Shown here: in pieces, positions 1-7,841 of the stretch
How positions within the stretch are numbered: position 1 is the stretch's first letter
How the letters are laid out: each line of letters starts with the position of its first letter
From: a virus
Lineage: Duplodnaviria > Caudoviricetes
DNA length: 31,054 bases
Direction: 5' to 3' (one strand)
IMG/VR virus record: IMGVR_UViG_3300029171_000033
Coordinates: 1-31,054 of that record
Made by a program: the position numbers and the translations under genes
The notes under the pieces: model-generated
What the model saw: the letters and a program-made list of their open reading frames with translations, nothing else
The model's database searches: none
What the model was told of the DNA's origin: nothing

Positions 1-17
1 GTTTCCCAGTCACGATC
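1..17 (+). other. Untrimmed random-amplification (Round A/B, SISPA-type) primer tag GTTTCCCAGTCACGATC; technical artifact
   Basis: The first 17 nt match the primer tag used as GTTTCCCAGTCACGATC-N9 and sit exactly at the sequence start. Confidence 0.85.
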
Positions 18-198
18 AAAATCTGATATTTTGGACAGTTAAAAGGTCAATTAAGTTATCAATAAATTAAACTGGAAACGAATTGTTTCGGTATGTGGGT
101 GGTTGGGTGACACATCGGGCGCGGGTCAATCTGCGGGCGGGTGCGGTCCACTGGTGGAGGGTTGAAATTTCTAGCGGAAAATTTCGGTATAGAAATTT

Positions 199-338
199 CG
201 CATTGCCGACCTGTTTTGAGATGTGTCGCCCCGCATTGCCGACCTATTTTGAGATGGGTGGGTCGCTCGCATCGTCGCCGTATTTTGAGACGAAATTCCC
301 GAAAGAATTATTTCGCATTGCCGACCTATTTTGAGATG
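199..338 (+). repeat. Four direct 25-bp repeats, consensus CGCATTGCCGACCTATTTTGAGATG
   Basis: Copies at 199-223 (1 mismatch), 232-256, 268-292 (5 mismatches) and 314-338; gaps of 8, 11 and 21 bp. Confidence 0.95.
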
Positions 339-363
339 GAGACTTGCGCCCTGCGTCCGAACG

Positions 364-382
364 TGTCAAAAGGGTTTTGACA
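364..382. promoter_or_regulatory. Operator-like palindrome TGTCAAAA-GGG-TTTTGACA containing a TTGACA -35 hexamer
   Basis: Perfect 8-bp inverted repeat just upstream of the first + strand ORF; TTGACA at 377-382; no clean -10 box. Confidence 0.5.
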
Positions 383-406
383 TTCATTTTTCAGGATAAG
401 AACACT

Positions 407-601
407 ATGGATGAAGAACTCATACGGGCGGCGCTTGCACTCGATCCGACCCTGAAACTTCCGCAACAGGTCGAATTCCCTGAAACCCAAAAGCAGGAGT
501 CGGCGGTTCCGGGCGTGTTGGTTACCCGAGTTCTGGCCCACTATGATCGCGATGGATCGCCCGTTTATATCGAACATCTCACCTTGGGTGGTTGCAAATG
601 A
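407..601 (+). CDS. Hypothetical protein (64 aa)
   Basis: ATG at 407 after AGGA; stop overlaps the ligase start (ATGA). Confidence 0.65.
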   Translation: MDEELIRAALALDPTLKLPQQVEFPETQKQESAVPGVLVTRVLAHYDRDGSPVYIEHLTLGGCK

Positions 602-1617
602 TGAACTTGCGCCCGATGCTTTCCGAGGAAGCCTCTATGCAGGTCGATCTTGCCGCTAATGGGGAGGCAAGCCTTTTGCAATTCCCTATGATTGCGCAGG
701 TTAAATTTGACGGTTTTCGCTGCATTATGCCGCATGGAAATCCGATGACTCGCACGCTGAAGCCGATCAGCAATAATCATGTTCGTAATCAGCTTAACCG
801 GGGCTTTGGCCACATCACCGAAACCTTGGCCTCGCGTCTGGGTGAGGGTCATCCCCTGCATGGTTTCGACGGTGAGTTGATCGCGTTGAACGCGGAAACG
901 CTATCGGAAGAGGATTTGCACAGGACACAGAGTCGAATTAACTCTGCGGCGGGATCGCCACGCTTTGTCTATCACATTTTCGATGACTTCAGCAATTCCA
1001 ATTTGCCTTATGAAAAACGGCAAGAAATTCTGAACAAACGAATTGCTGATCTGCGGGAAAATACCCCAGAAGCCAGATTGGAAACGAATCCGAAACTACG
1101 TTCGAAACGAATTCATGACCACGTTTTCCAAGCGGTTGAGTCTAGGTTTTGTGAGCGGATCGAAGACGTTTTGGAATTCGAAGCCGAATGCCTCTCATGG
1201 GGTGCCGAGGGTATTATGCTCAAGGCACTCGGTAAGAAATACAAGTTCGGTCGTTCGACACTCAGGGAAGGTTTGTCACTCAAGGTCAAGCGTTTCAGCG
1301 ATGACGAGGCAACCATCATCGGTTTCAACGAAAAAATGATGAATTTGAATGAGGCCACGCTTGACGAACGGGGTTTCACGAAAAGATCATCTGCCAAAGC
1401 AGGGTTGTCACCGGCTGGGACTCTTGGCAATATCGTTCTGAAATGGAAAGGGGTTGAATTCGAAATCGGGACGGGTTGGGATGCTGCAACCGCGTTTCAG
1501 ATTTGGAATAGTCGTTCGGCTCTGATCGGAATGAAAGTCAATTTCCAGTATAAGGGAACTGGCCCGAATGGTAAGCCGCTTATCCCTAGCTTCAAAGGAA
1601 TTCGATATGACGTTTGA
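598..1617 (+). CDS. ATP-dependent DNA ligase
   Basis: Motif I KFDGFR, III FDGEL, IIIa YHIFD, IV EGIMLK, V LKVKR and a C-terminal OB-type region (EFEIGTG..P.F.GIR). Confidence 0.95.
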   Translation: MMNLRPMLSEEASMQVDLAANGEASLLQFPMIAQVKFDGFRCIMPHGNPMTRTLKPISNNHVRNQLNRGFGHITETLASRLGEGHPLHGFDGELIALNAETLSEEDLHRTQSRINSAAGSPRFVYHIFDDFSNSNLPYEKRQEILNKRIADLRENTPEARLETNPKLRSKRIHDHVFQAVESRFCERIEDVLEFEAECLSWGAEGIMLKALGKKYKFGRSTLREGLSLKVKRFSDDEATIIGFNEKMMNLNEATLDERGFTKRSSAKAGLSPAGTLGNIVLKWKGVEFEIGTGWDAATAFQIWNSRSALIGMKVNFQYKGTGPNGKPLIPSFKGIRYDV

Positions 1618-1828
1618 CCCCTCTAAACTCAGTGTGAAAGTGGGCGACCTGCATCCGGTATGGTGGGAAACTTTCGATGGTCGTCCAGCGGGGGACCATC
1701 TGGCGCGAATTCTTGAAATAAAGCCTTACACTGGCCCGCTGGATTTTGTCGAATGTATCCTCGTTCTTGAAGCCCCGACCTTGCGGGGCGGTAAAACTGA
1801 AATGAGTCTGACTCGAAACAACAGGTAA
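1607..1828 (+). CDS. Hypothetical protein (73 aa)
   Basis: ATG 1607 with AAGGA upstream; overlaps the ligase end. Confidence 0.7.
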   Translation: MTFDPSKLSVKVGDLHPVWWETFDGRPAGDHLARILEIKPYTGPLDFVECILVLEAPTLRGGKTEMSLTRNNR

Positions 1829-1837
1829 GGTAAAAAC

Positions 1838-2047
1838 ATGACATACGAAGAATTCAAATCCACGTTTCCGGTCGGCTCGAAATTCAAAATCATGGGTGGA
1901 AGCCGAAAGGTGGTTGTCGGCTTCTTGGATGATGAAAAGTTGGTGGTCACGCGGTATCATCGTAACAATTCTTCCGGTTATCGTTACGAGGCGATGGATG
2001 CTGAGGATATTGCGTTTTGGTCGAAACACATGGAGAAATCGAAATGA
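1838..2047 (+). CDS. Hypothetical protein (69 aa), small beta-rich FxVG type
   Basis: AAGG RBS, tight packing, similarity to ORF 2751-2870. Confidence 0.75.
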   Translation: MTYEEFKSTFPVGSKFKIMGGSRKVVVGFLDDEKLVVTRYHRNNSSGYRYEAMDAEDIAFWSKHMEKSK

Positions 2048-2553
2048 AAAAGTTCAAAGTTAAAGGTCGGATCGAGCATTGTGCGCTTTTTGCGCCGAAC
2101 GGGTTGAAGGTCTCTTCTGAAAAGTTCGGCTTCTTCTTGCATTCGTTGCGCGATTTTGAAGGATCAAATGAAGATTTTGCAGCGATTAACAGTCGCCTTC
2201 GTGAATCCGAATGTCAGGATCGAATTTTTCGTGAAGGTATTGTAATGTCAACACGTCAACGACCTGTTGTCATCGGTGTGCCGCAAAAACTCATTGAGTT
2301 CGGAATTATCAACAATGTGAATGTTGATCTGTTTTTGAATTCACTTGATGTTGAAATTGTGGGAAGTGCCTACCAGATCACGAGGCCGAATTGCAGCACC
2401 GCTACTGCAATGATGCAGCGTTTCACTGTTTCAGCGGTTCGCTTCATCGAAGTGCCAGTTGTGCCCACTGAAGATCAGTTGTGGGAAATGTCATGTGCAC
2501 ATGACATTGCGTTGGCCAGACACGCAATTTTGCGCGCGAAATATGACCACTGA
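2044..2553 (+). CDS. Hypothetical protein (169 aa)
   Basis: ATGA overlap with the previous stop; GGAG RBS. Confidence 0.75.
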   Translation: MKKFKVKGRIEHCALFAPNGLKVSSEKFGFFLHSLRDFEGSNEDFAAINSRLRESECQDRIFREGIVMSTRQRPVVIGVPQKLIEFGIINNVNVDLFLNSLDVEIVGSAYQITRPNCSTATAMMQRFTVSAVRFIEVPVVPTEDQLWEMSCAHDIALARHAILRAKYDH

Positions 2554-2761
2554 CGCTGATCGACCCCGCGTTTCAAAAGTAAAACTTGAATACCTTGACC
2601 CATGGGCTGCATGTTCGGTTCTGGGTCAGGGCTGGCGACCAATGGGTGAATATATCGTTCGAATCAATATCCACGGCACGATTACGGGGCGTCGGAAAAT
2701 CACTGATGGTAAGGTGTTAATCACCGAATGGTGTAGGAGGGCTGTTCTCAATGGCGACTGA
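2543..2761 (+). CDS. Hypothetical protein (72 aa)
   Basis: ATG 2543 overlaps the previous gene end; fills the operon. Confidence 0.6.
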   Translation: MTTDADRPRVSKVKLEYLDPWAACSVLGQGWRPMGEYIVRINIHGTITGRRKITDGKVLITEWCRRAVLNGD

Positions 2762-2870
2762 CGCTTACAACGGTTTCAAATCCCGGTTCAAAGTTGGTGA
2801 TAGTATCACCATTAGTGGTGGTCCCGCTTGGATTGTATGTGTAATGGACGAAACGGAAAAAGACACTTGA
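2751..2870 (+). CDS. Small hypothetical protein (39 aa) MATDAYNGFKSRFKVGDSITISGGPAWIVCVMDETEKDT
   Basis: AGGAGG at 2735-2740; resembles the N-half of ORF 1838-2047; below the ORF-track cutoff. Confidence 0.6.
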   Translation: MATDAYNGFKSRFKVGDSITISGGPAWIVCVMDETEKDT

Positions 2871-2946
2871 AACTGGAACGATGACCAGATAGAAATAGAA
2901 TCATCGAAGAGACGAAAACATACCGACAAATCAGGAGAAGCACCAA

Positions 2947-3390
2947 ATGTCCGTTTTCAAGATCGAAAAGAATATCCCCATGCCCGGCAACTCGGGTCGC
3001 GGCCCGACCGTCGATTACCCCTTCCTTCAAATGGAAGTTGGTGATTCGATCTTTGTTCCGGGCATTGACGCGAAGAAAGCCAGTGGTCAAATCGGCTACT
3101 GGAAGAAAAACCACGGTCTGAATTTTTCGGTTCGCGCCATGACCGGCACGGTTCTGGACCCCGAAACGGGCGAAGAAACCGAGGTTGATGGTGTTCGCAT
3201 CTGGGTTCGCCCTGTCGAAGAAAAGTCGAACCGTGGCCGCAAGCCTGCCGATGCGAAGCCCGCTGTTGAAACCGAAGCCGCTGAAGGGACCACCGCTGAA
3301 GAAGCTGAAGAAGCTGAAGAAGCCGCACCCGCACCGGCAAAGCCCGGAAAGCGTGGCCGGAAAGCTGACGCTGCCGAAAGCGATTACTGA
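2947..3390 (+). CDS. Putative DNA-binding protein (IEKNIP..YPF..MEVGDS..GVRIW phage family) with an acidic tail flanked by RGRK motifs
   Basis: Strong AGGAG RBS, biased codon use, recognisable phage family motif, low-complexity AEE/RGRK C-terminus. Confidence 0.7.
   Translation: MSVFKIEKNIPMPGNSGRGPTVDYPFLQMEVGDSIFVPGIDAKKASGQIGYWKKNHGLNFSVRAMTGTVLDPETGEETEVDGVRIWVRPVEEKSNRGRKPADAKPAVETEAAEGTTAEEAEEAEEAAPAPAKPGKRGRKADAAESDY
3295..3321 (+). repeat. In-frame tandem repeat (GCTGAAGAA)x3 encoding AEE x3
   Basis: Directly visible. Confidence 0.9.
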
Positions 3391-3467
3391 CCCCGGTTCC
3401 GGCTGGGCCTGACCAACCCGGCTGACGATCCGCAACTGACAGGATCACGGTTGCGTTGATCGAGATG

Positions 3468-3504
3468 GAGGGCGTGCCGCACCAGGGCACGCCCTCTTCT
3501 ATTT
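3468..3504 (+). terminator. Rho-independent terminator
   Basis: 11-bp stem GAGGGCGTGCC/GGCACGCCCTC, 7-nt loop, followed by TTCTATTT. Confidence 0.8.
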
Positions 3505-3538
3505 ATGCCAATGCTACGCAATGAGGTGGGTGGTTTCG

Positions 3539-3736
3539 ATGAAAATTCGAATCAAATTGGTGGAACTTTCCACATTCGAAAAAGCGAAAGCCGATGGGAA
3601 ATCGACATGGGGTCTGCCGTCGATAACGATCAGTCGAAATGTCAGCGCAGAACAAATTGAGTTAGGGATCGTTGAGGTTTCCAAAATTAAATACCGAATT
3701 TTGGAAACTTACAAACCCCGTCGAAACAAGAAATAG
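3539..3736 (+). CDS. Hypothetical basic protein (65 aa)
   Basis: GAGGTGG RBS before ATG 3539. Confidence 0.65.
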   Translation: MKIRIKLVELSTFEKAKADGKSTWGLPSITISRNVSAEQIELGIVEVSKIKYRILETYKPRRNKK

Positions 3737-3745
3737 GCTCCCACT

Positions 3746-4201
3746 ATGAAAGACGTTGTTGAGAACACCCGCGAGTTTTCCAAAAGATCGAATGACAAAC
3801 ATACGAAGGTTGGGGCTGCGCTTCTCACCATGCGCCCTGATGGTGAGTATCGAGTCGTCACTTATGGTCACAATCAAATTATTGATCGTGGCGACGATTC
3901 CAGCTTCGAGCGACCCAAGAAATACGAGCGCGCCATTCACGCTGAGGTCATGGCAATTGGCAAGGCCGCAATGATGGGGCATTCGACCGATACTGCGGTG
4001 CTATATGTGACTCACCCCCCTTGCCTTGAGTGTTGCAAGTTGATTGTTGCTTCTGGAATTTCTGCGGTTATCGTTGGAAATGGTTCATATTTTAGCGACA
4101 GTTCTGAAGAGCGCCAACGTGCGGAATTTATGTTGCGGGACGTTGTTGTCATGGGTGAAGACGAGGCGATTTCCCGTCGCATCATTGGTTGTTGTAAATA
4201 G
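3746..4201 (+). CDS. dCMP deaminase family protein
   Basis: Zn-deaminase motifs HAE and PCxxC (IHAEVMAI; THPPCLECCKLI); N-terminal S.D..TKVGA. Confidence 0.92.
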   Translation: MKDVVENTREFSKRSNDKHTKVGAALLTMRPDGEYRVVTYGHNQIIDRGDDSSFERPKKYERAIHAEVMAIGKAAMMGHSTDTAVLYVTHPPCLECCKLIVASGISAVIVGNGSYFSDSSEERQRAEFMLRDVVVMGEDEAISRRIIGCCK

Positions 4202-4256
4202 GGTATTGATAAGCGCAACCAACCTGCTATGAATAAGCATCATCTGGGAGAAGAAG

Positions 4257-4553
4257 ATGCTTATTCAGATCAACGAACACTACGCGATAGCCGCTGCCTC
4301 GATTGTCTCCATTCGCCTCCATGAAGCAGCGCGACCGAGCCATGGTGTGATTGGGAACTCGCTCGTTTTGCATGTTCAGGGTAAGAGCGCACAGGAGATA
4401 TTCAGCGACCTTGTTTCCACGATAAACAAGGTCACTGAACCGCAGGGCGCGCGACTTCCCGACCGGGGGTTGACTGGTGATAGGCGACTAGTTTCGCCTG
4501 ACGACTATGGCTATGACGCTTGCCATCATGGCGACTTCGATCCGGGGGCTTAG
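4257..4553 (+). CDS. Hypothetical protein (98 aa)
   Basis: GGGAG RBS and ATG start. Confidence 0.65.
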   Translation: MLIQINEHYAIAAASIVSIRLHEAARPSHGVIGNSLVLHVQGKSAQEIFSDLVSTINKVTEPQGARLPDRGLTGDRRLVSPDDYGYDACHHGDFDPGA

Positions 4554-4750
4554 TGTCTGTGCGCAGCTACGTTTGGTGTGAATTGGTCTGTTTTCGTTGT
4601 TCCTCAGCGATTGGTGGACGCTTTACCACTGGCCATATTCCACGCCGCGAACTTGCGGCGTCAGCAAAAAGCGCAGGCTGGATCATGGTTGAACCAGTTG
4701 AAGGTTTTCAAAAAGACTGGTGTTGCGACAAGTGCAGGATGGAGATTTAG
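4553..4750 (+). CDS. Small Zn-ribbon-like protein (65 aa)
   Basis: GTG overlapping the previous TAG; CxxC (CFRC) and CxxC (CDKC). Confidence 0.65.
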   Translation: MSVRSYVWCELVCFRCSSAIGGRFTTGHIPRRELAASAKSAGWIMVEPVEGFQKDWCCDKCRMEI

Positions 4751-4752
4751 AA

Positions 4753-4866
4753 ATGCGACATGTTGTTTTGGGTGTGGCATTTGCTGCCATCGGCTATATC
4801 GTGACTGGAAATCTGTTCGTTTTGGGCGGGGTTTTGGTTGCGATCACCAGCGCCATCTATAACTGA
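4753..4866 (+). CDS. Small hydrophobic membrane peptide (37 aa) MRHVVLGVAFAAIGYIVTGNLFVLGGVLVAITSAIYN
   Basis: GGAG RBS; fills the gap before thyX; below the ORF-track cutoff. Confidence 0.65.
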   Translation: MRHVVLGVAFAAIGYIVTGNLFVLGGVLVAITSAIYN

Positions 4867-4876
4867 GGTGTAAAAA

Positions 4877-5791
4877 ATGACGAACTGCGAGAAAATCGAC
4901 CGACCCAATTCGGAATACATGGATTCCATCCTCGGACAGCGTTTCGACGTTCTGGATCATGGCTTCATCCGGGTCATCGATTATATGGGCGATGACAACG
5001 CGGTTATTCAGGCTGCGCGGGTCAGCTATGGCAAAGGCACGAAAGCGGTGAACGAGGATCGGGGTTTGATCCGCTATTTGATGCGCCATTATCACACAAC
5101 ACCGTTCGAAATGTGTGAAATCAAGTTGCATGTCAAGCTGCCGGTTTTCGTGGCGCGTCAGTGGATTCGACACCGCACCGCGAATGTCAACGAGTATTCG
5201 GCGCGCTATTCCATCTTGGACGGTGAGTTCTATCTTCCTCAACCTGAGCAGATGATGTTTCAATCGACAGACAACAAACAGGGCAGGCAGGGGGTAATGC
5301 CGCCTGAAATGTCGTCGGTTCTGTTGCGGGTTCTGAAGGAAGATGCGACTCGGGCGTATCGCAACTATGAACATATGACATACAATAACCCCGACGATCC
5401 GAATGACCCCGACAATGTGAATTTCGCACGGGAACTTGCCCGTATCAATCTGCCGACTTCCATCTATACACAGTGGTATTGGAAGACTGATCTTCACAAT
5501 TTGCTGCATTTCCTTCGGCTGCGAGCAGACAGTCACGCCCAATTCGAGATTCGACAATACGCCGAAACAATCTCGGATATTATCGCAGGTTGGGTTCCTC
5601 TGGTGCGCGAGGCTGCGGAAGATTACCTGTTCTCGGGGGTTCAACTTTCCAGAATGGAACTTTTTATGGTTCGGGAAATCGTCAAATCAGCGGCCCCGTT
5701 TGACGCTGAGGTTTTCGACCGCTTGGGGCGAAATTGCGGCATGAGTGGGCGCGAAATTGCTGCGTTGCGTTCGAAATTGCAAATGTCTTGA
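4877..5791 (+). CDS. thyX: FAD-dependent thymidylate synthase
   Basis: ThyX motif [14 protein letters not shown], plus AARVSY, HTTPFE and LR...HAQFEIR. Confidence 0.98.
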   Translation: MTNCEKIDRPNSEYMDSILGQRFDVLDHGFIRVIDYMGDDNAVIQAARVSYGKGTKAVNEDRGLIRYLMRHYHTTPFEMCEIKLHVKLPVFVARQWIRHRTANVNEYSARYSILDGEFYLPQPEQMMFQSTDNKQGRQGVMPPEMSSVLLRVLKEDATRAYRNYEHMTYNNPDDPNDPDNVNFARELARINLPTSIYTQWYWKTDLHNLLHFLRLRADSHAQFEIRQYAETISDIIAGWVPLVREAAEDYLFSGVQLSRMELFMVREIVKSAAPFDAEVFDRLGRNCGMSGREIAALRSKLQMS

Positions 5792-5807
5792 TCTGACGGA
5801 ACTGCAC

Positions 5808-5832
5808 GACCCAGCACGTTAAGTGCTGGGTC
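5808..5832 (+). promoter_or_regulatory. Perfect 10-bp hairpin in the thyX-gapR intergenic region
   Basis: GACCCAGCAC-GTTAA-GTGCTGGGTC, no adjacent U-tract, just upstream of the AGGAG RBS. Confidence 0.6.
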
Positions 5833-5850
5833 AAACTTTAGGAGTTTATC

Positions 5851-6159
5851 ATGGCCCGTGGGCGCAAGAAAAATGAAGACAACGAGCGGGTTGACCCGTT
5901 TGAGTCTGGCAGCAATGATGCAGCAGCGGTTTTGCTTGATCTGATTGAACAGATTGAACAGAAGCAAGGCGAAATCGCAGAAACAAATGAAGAAATTCGT
6001 GAACTGATGCGAGAAGCTGGTGGTCGGGGTTACAATACGAAAGTCATTCGGCGCGTGCTGGCTGTTCGTAAAGCAAAGCGGAAAAACGCCGAACTTTACG
6101 AGGCGGAAGAACACGAGTTCGAAACCTACATGAGCGCCCTCGGTTTGAGTGAATATTGA
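5851..6159 (+). CDS. GapR/DUF2312-like nucleoid-associated DNA-binding protein
   Basis: IEQIEQ..EI...EEIRE...EA..RGYNTKVIRRVLAVRK...E..ETYMSALG pattern of the GapR family; strong RBS. Confidence 0.85.
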   Translation: MARGRKKNEDNERVDPFESGSNDAAAVLLDLIEQIEQKQGEIAETNEEIRELMREAGGRGYNTKVIRRVLAVRKAKRKNAELYEAEEHEFETYMSALGLSEY

Positions 6160-6446
6160 TGAAATGGGTGCGCGATGAAATTGCAGCAAATCGGATCGAA
6201 AGTGTTTCGATAACGAAAGAGCCAAGACTCGGTGATATCGGCTTGCTGGTCAAATGGCGCGGACCCGGATTGATTTCGACATGGATTTCTGGAAACAGCA
6301 TCGAAGAATGTTTCCAGAAATTAGAAAAAATTGATTTGCCATCTGAAACGTGGGCTGGTATGTTGGCAAGCAAGGGACAATTCCGAAATTCTGATGTGGA
6401 AGTGTCCTTCGATCAATATCTGAAATCAGTTGGGGTCTTGAAGTGA
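6159..6446 (+). CDS. Hypothetical protein (95 aa)
   Basis: TGATG overlap with the previous stop. Confidence 0.7.
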   Translation: MKWVRDEIAANRIESVSITKEPRLGDIGLLVKWRGPGLISTWISGNSIEECFQKLEKIDLPSETWAGMLASKGQFRNSDVEVSFDQYLKSVGVLK

Positions 6447-7195
6447 AACCGATGGAATGTTGTTTCAAATATCGCGATGGGCGCAAGGTCTATCTTGAGG
6501 TTGGGCCGAAAGATGATATTCGCACCGTTATTCCTGTCATTATTTTGGACGGGACACACTTCGTTTTCACCCGCGTTAGCGGTTCGTCAGTGCTGACCTA
6601 TTATGAGAGTGATCCGCCGAAACAAATCAACACCGTCGCTGCACCCATGCGTCCGAAATTGAACCCAACACTTCAGACCTTCAGCGGCAAGTTGGTATCG
6701 ATTCTTGAACCTGTTTTGGAAGATATCGACATTCTCGATATCGCACATTCGCTTTCGATGATTTGCCGATATAACGGTCATGTGTCTCGGTTTTACTCGG
6801 TGGCAGAGCATTCGGTTCTGATGTGCAGATCGTTTTACGAACACGGTTACGAGGATGAAATTCAGCGTGTTGCACTGATGCACGACGCCCCTGAATACCT
6901 TACTGGTGACGTGACAAAGCCATTGAAGGGTGTTATCGCGCCGATTTTCCGACCAATCCAGAACGCGCTTTGGGGTCGGGTCGCAACACGCTTTGGCCTT
7001 CTTGAAACCATCCCGGATATCGTTCATGCTGCCGATCTGCGGATTCTGATGAATGAAAAGGCGCAAGTTTTTGTTCATGATATAGATTGGGGTTGGAACT
7101 GTGATCCGCTTCCTGATCTGACTTTGCAGTTCTGGACACCGGAAGAGGCAAAAGTGGAATTCCTGAAAGAAGCTGCACGCCTCGGTATCGCGTGA
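6443..7195 (+). CDS. HD-domain phosphohydrolase (YfbR/YfdR-like 5'-deoxynucleotidase) with an N-terminal extension
   Basis: DIAHSLS..CRYNGH..FYSVAEHSV...ALMHDAPEY..GD..PLK...AD. Confidence 0.9.
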   Translation: MKPMECCFKYRDGRKVYLEVGPKDDIRTVIPVIILDGTHFVFTRVSGSSVLTYYESDPPKQINTVAAPMRPKLNPTLQTFSGKLVSILEPVLEDIDILDIAHSLSMICRYNGHVSRFYSVAEHSVLMCRSFYEHGYEDEIQRVALMHDAPEYLTGDVTKPLKGVIAPIFRPIQNALWGRVATRFGLLETIPDIVHAADLRILMNEKAQVFVHDIDWGWNCDPLPDLTLQFWTPEEAKVEFLKEAARLGIA

Positions 7196-7398
7196 TGAAA
7201 ATTTGCGCACAAAATCCAGCGAATCCAGAGTATAGCCTTTGTGGTATGGCTGAAGACGCACCTGAAACGGAAGATGATGAAGAGGAATTCGAATTCTCTA
7301 GATTTGGAATTCGGGTTACTTGTGCTGATTGCCTCAATGTAATCAGAAATATACATGAAACCTACACCCAAAAGGGTTACACAAAGAAGGAACCATGA
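7192..7398 (+). CDS. Small Cys-containing acidic protein, possible Zn binder
   Basis: C..LCG...VTCADC; GTGA overlap. Confidence 0.7.
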   Translation: MMKICAQNPANPEYSLCGMAEDAPETEDDEEEFEFSRFGIRVTCADCLNVIRNIHETYTQKGYTKKEP

Positions 7399-7399
7399 A

Positions 7400-7840
7400 A
7401 TGACGAATAGTCACATCATGCCCGATGGGATCAAGATTGTGTTTCAAAAGGACTCGGAGTTGGAACCCTTTCGCCATCATGATTTTCACATTGGCAAAAG
7501 TAATGGTGATCGGTCGAACCCTGATTACTTTCCACTGGAAACTGTTCTGTGTGCTGCATATGCTCAGGCTGAAGGTGGCAAGGGGGTTGATCGTCACGCC
7601 ATGGGTGACCCATTCATGGAGCAACCTATCCTGACTATTGGTCGTCTGCTTAAATCGGCGGATGGTGAGGTTTATCAGGCGATCAAAAAAATGCGCGAGG
7701 GTCTTCAAATGGCGAAGCGTGGTAAGCATGACGCGGCGATCAAAGAATTCCTCGGGGCAATCAACTACGCAGCAGCGGCAGCGATTTTGTTGGCCGAAGA
7801 GCGTTTGGAAAAAATTCAAGTGGAAACTGATGGTTCTTGA
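7400..7840 (+). CDS. Conserved phage helical protein (GKGxxRHA...QAIKK...LGAINY), possibly nucleotide-metabolism associated
   Basis: AAGGA RBS; motif pattern seen in phage proteins; function is inference. Confidence 0.6.
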   Translation: MTNSHIMPDGIKIVFQKDSELEPFRHHDFHIGKSNGDRSNPDYFPLETVLCAAYAQAEGGKGVDRHAMGDPFMEQPILTIGRLLKSADGEVYQAIKKMREGLQMAKRGKHDAAIKEFLGAINYAAAAAILLAEERLEKIQVETDGS

Positions 7841-7841
7841 A

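Noticed and set aside
199-338. CRISPR array
   Set aside because: Gaps are 8, 11 and 21 bp, too short and irregular; no cas genes in the window
83-380. ORFs 83-334 and 141-380
   Set aside because: They only translate the DNA repeats and have no RBS; treated as non-coding
3391-3470. Hammerhead ribozyme (CUGACGA at 3422)
   Set aside because: GAGA instead of GAAA, no G-C closing pair for stem II, and stem III does not form
4206-4234. Sigma70-like promoter TTGATA...GCTATGAAT
   Set aside because: Plausible, but too degenerate to support without transcript data
5386-5416. Short [10 protein letters not shown] repeat in ThyX as an intein or intron remnant
   Set aside because: Only a small low-complexity loop; frame intact and no splicing motifs
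4844-5644. 266-aa antisense ORF over thyX
   Set aside because: Shadow frame of a codon-biased gene; no motifs or RBS
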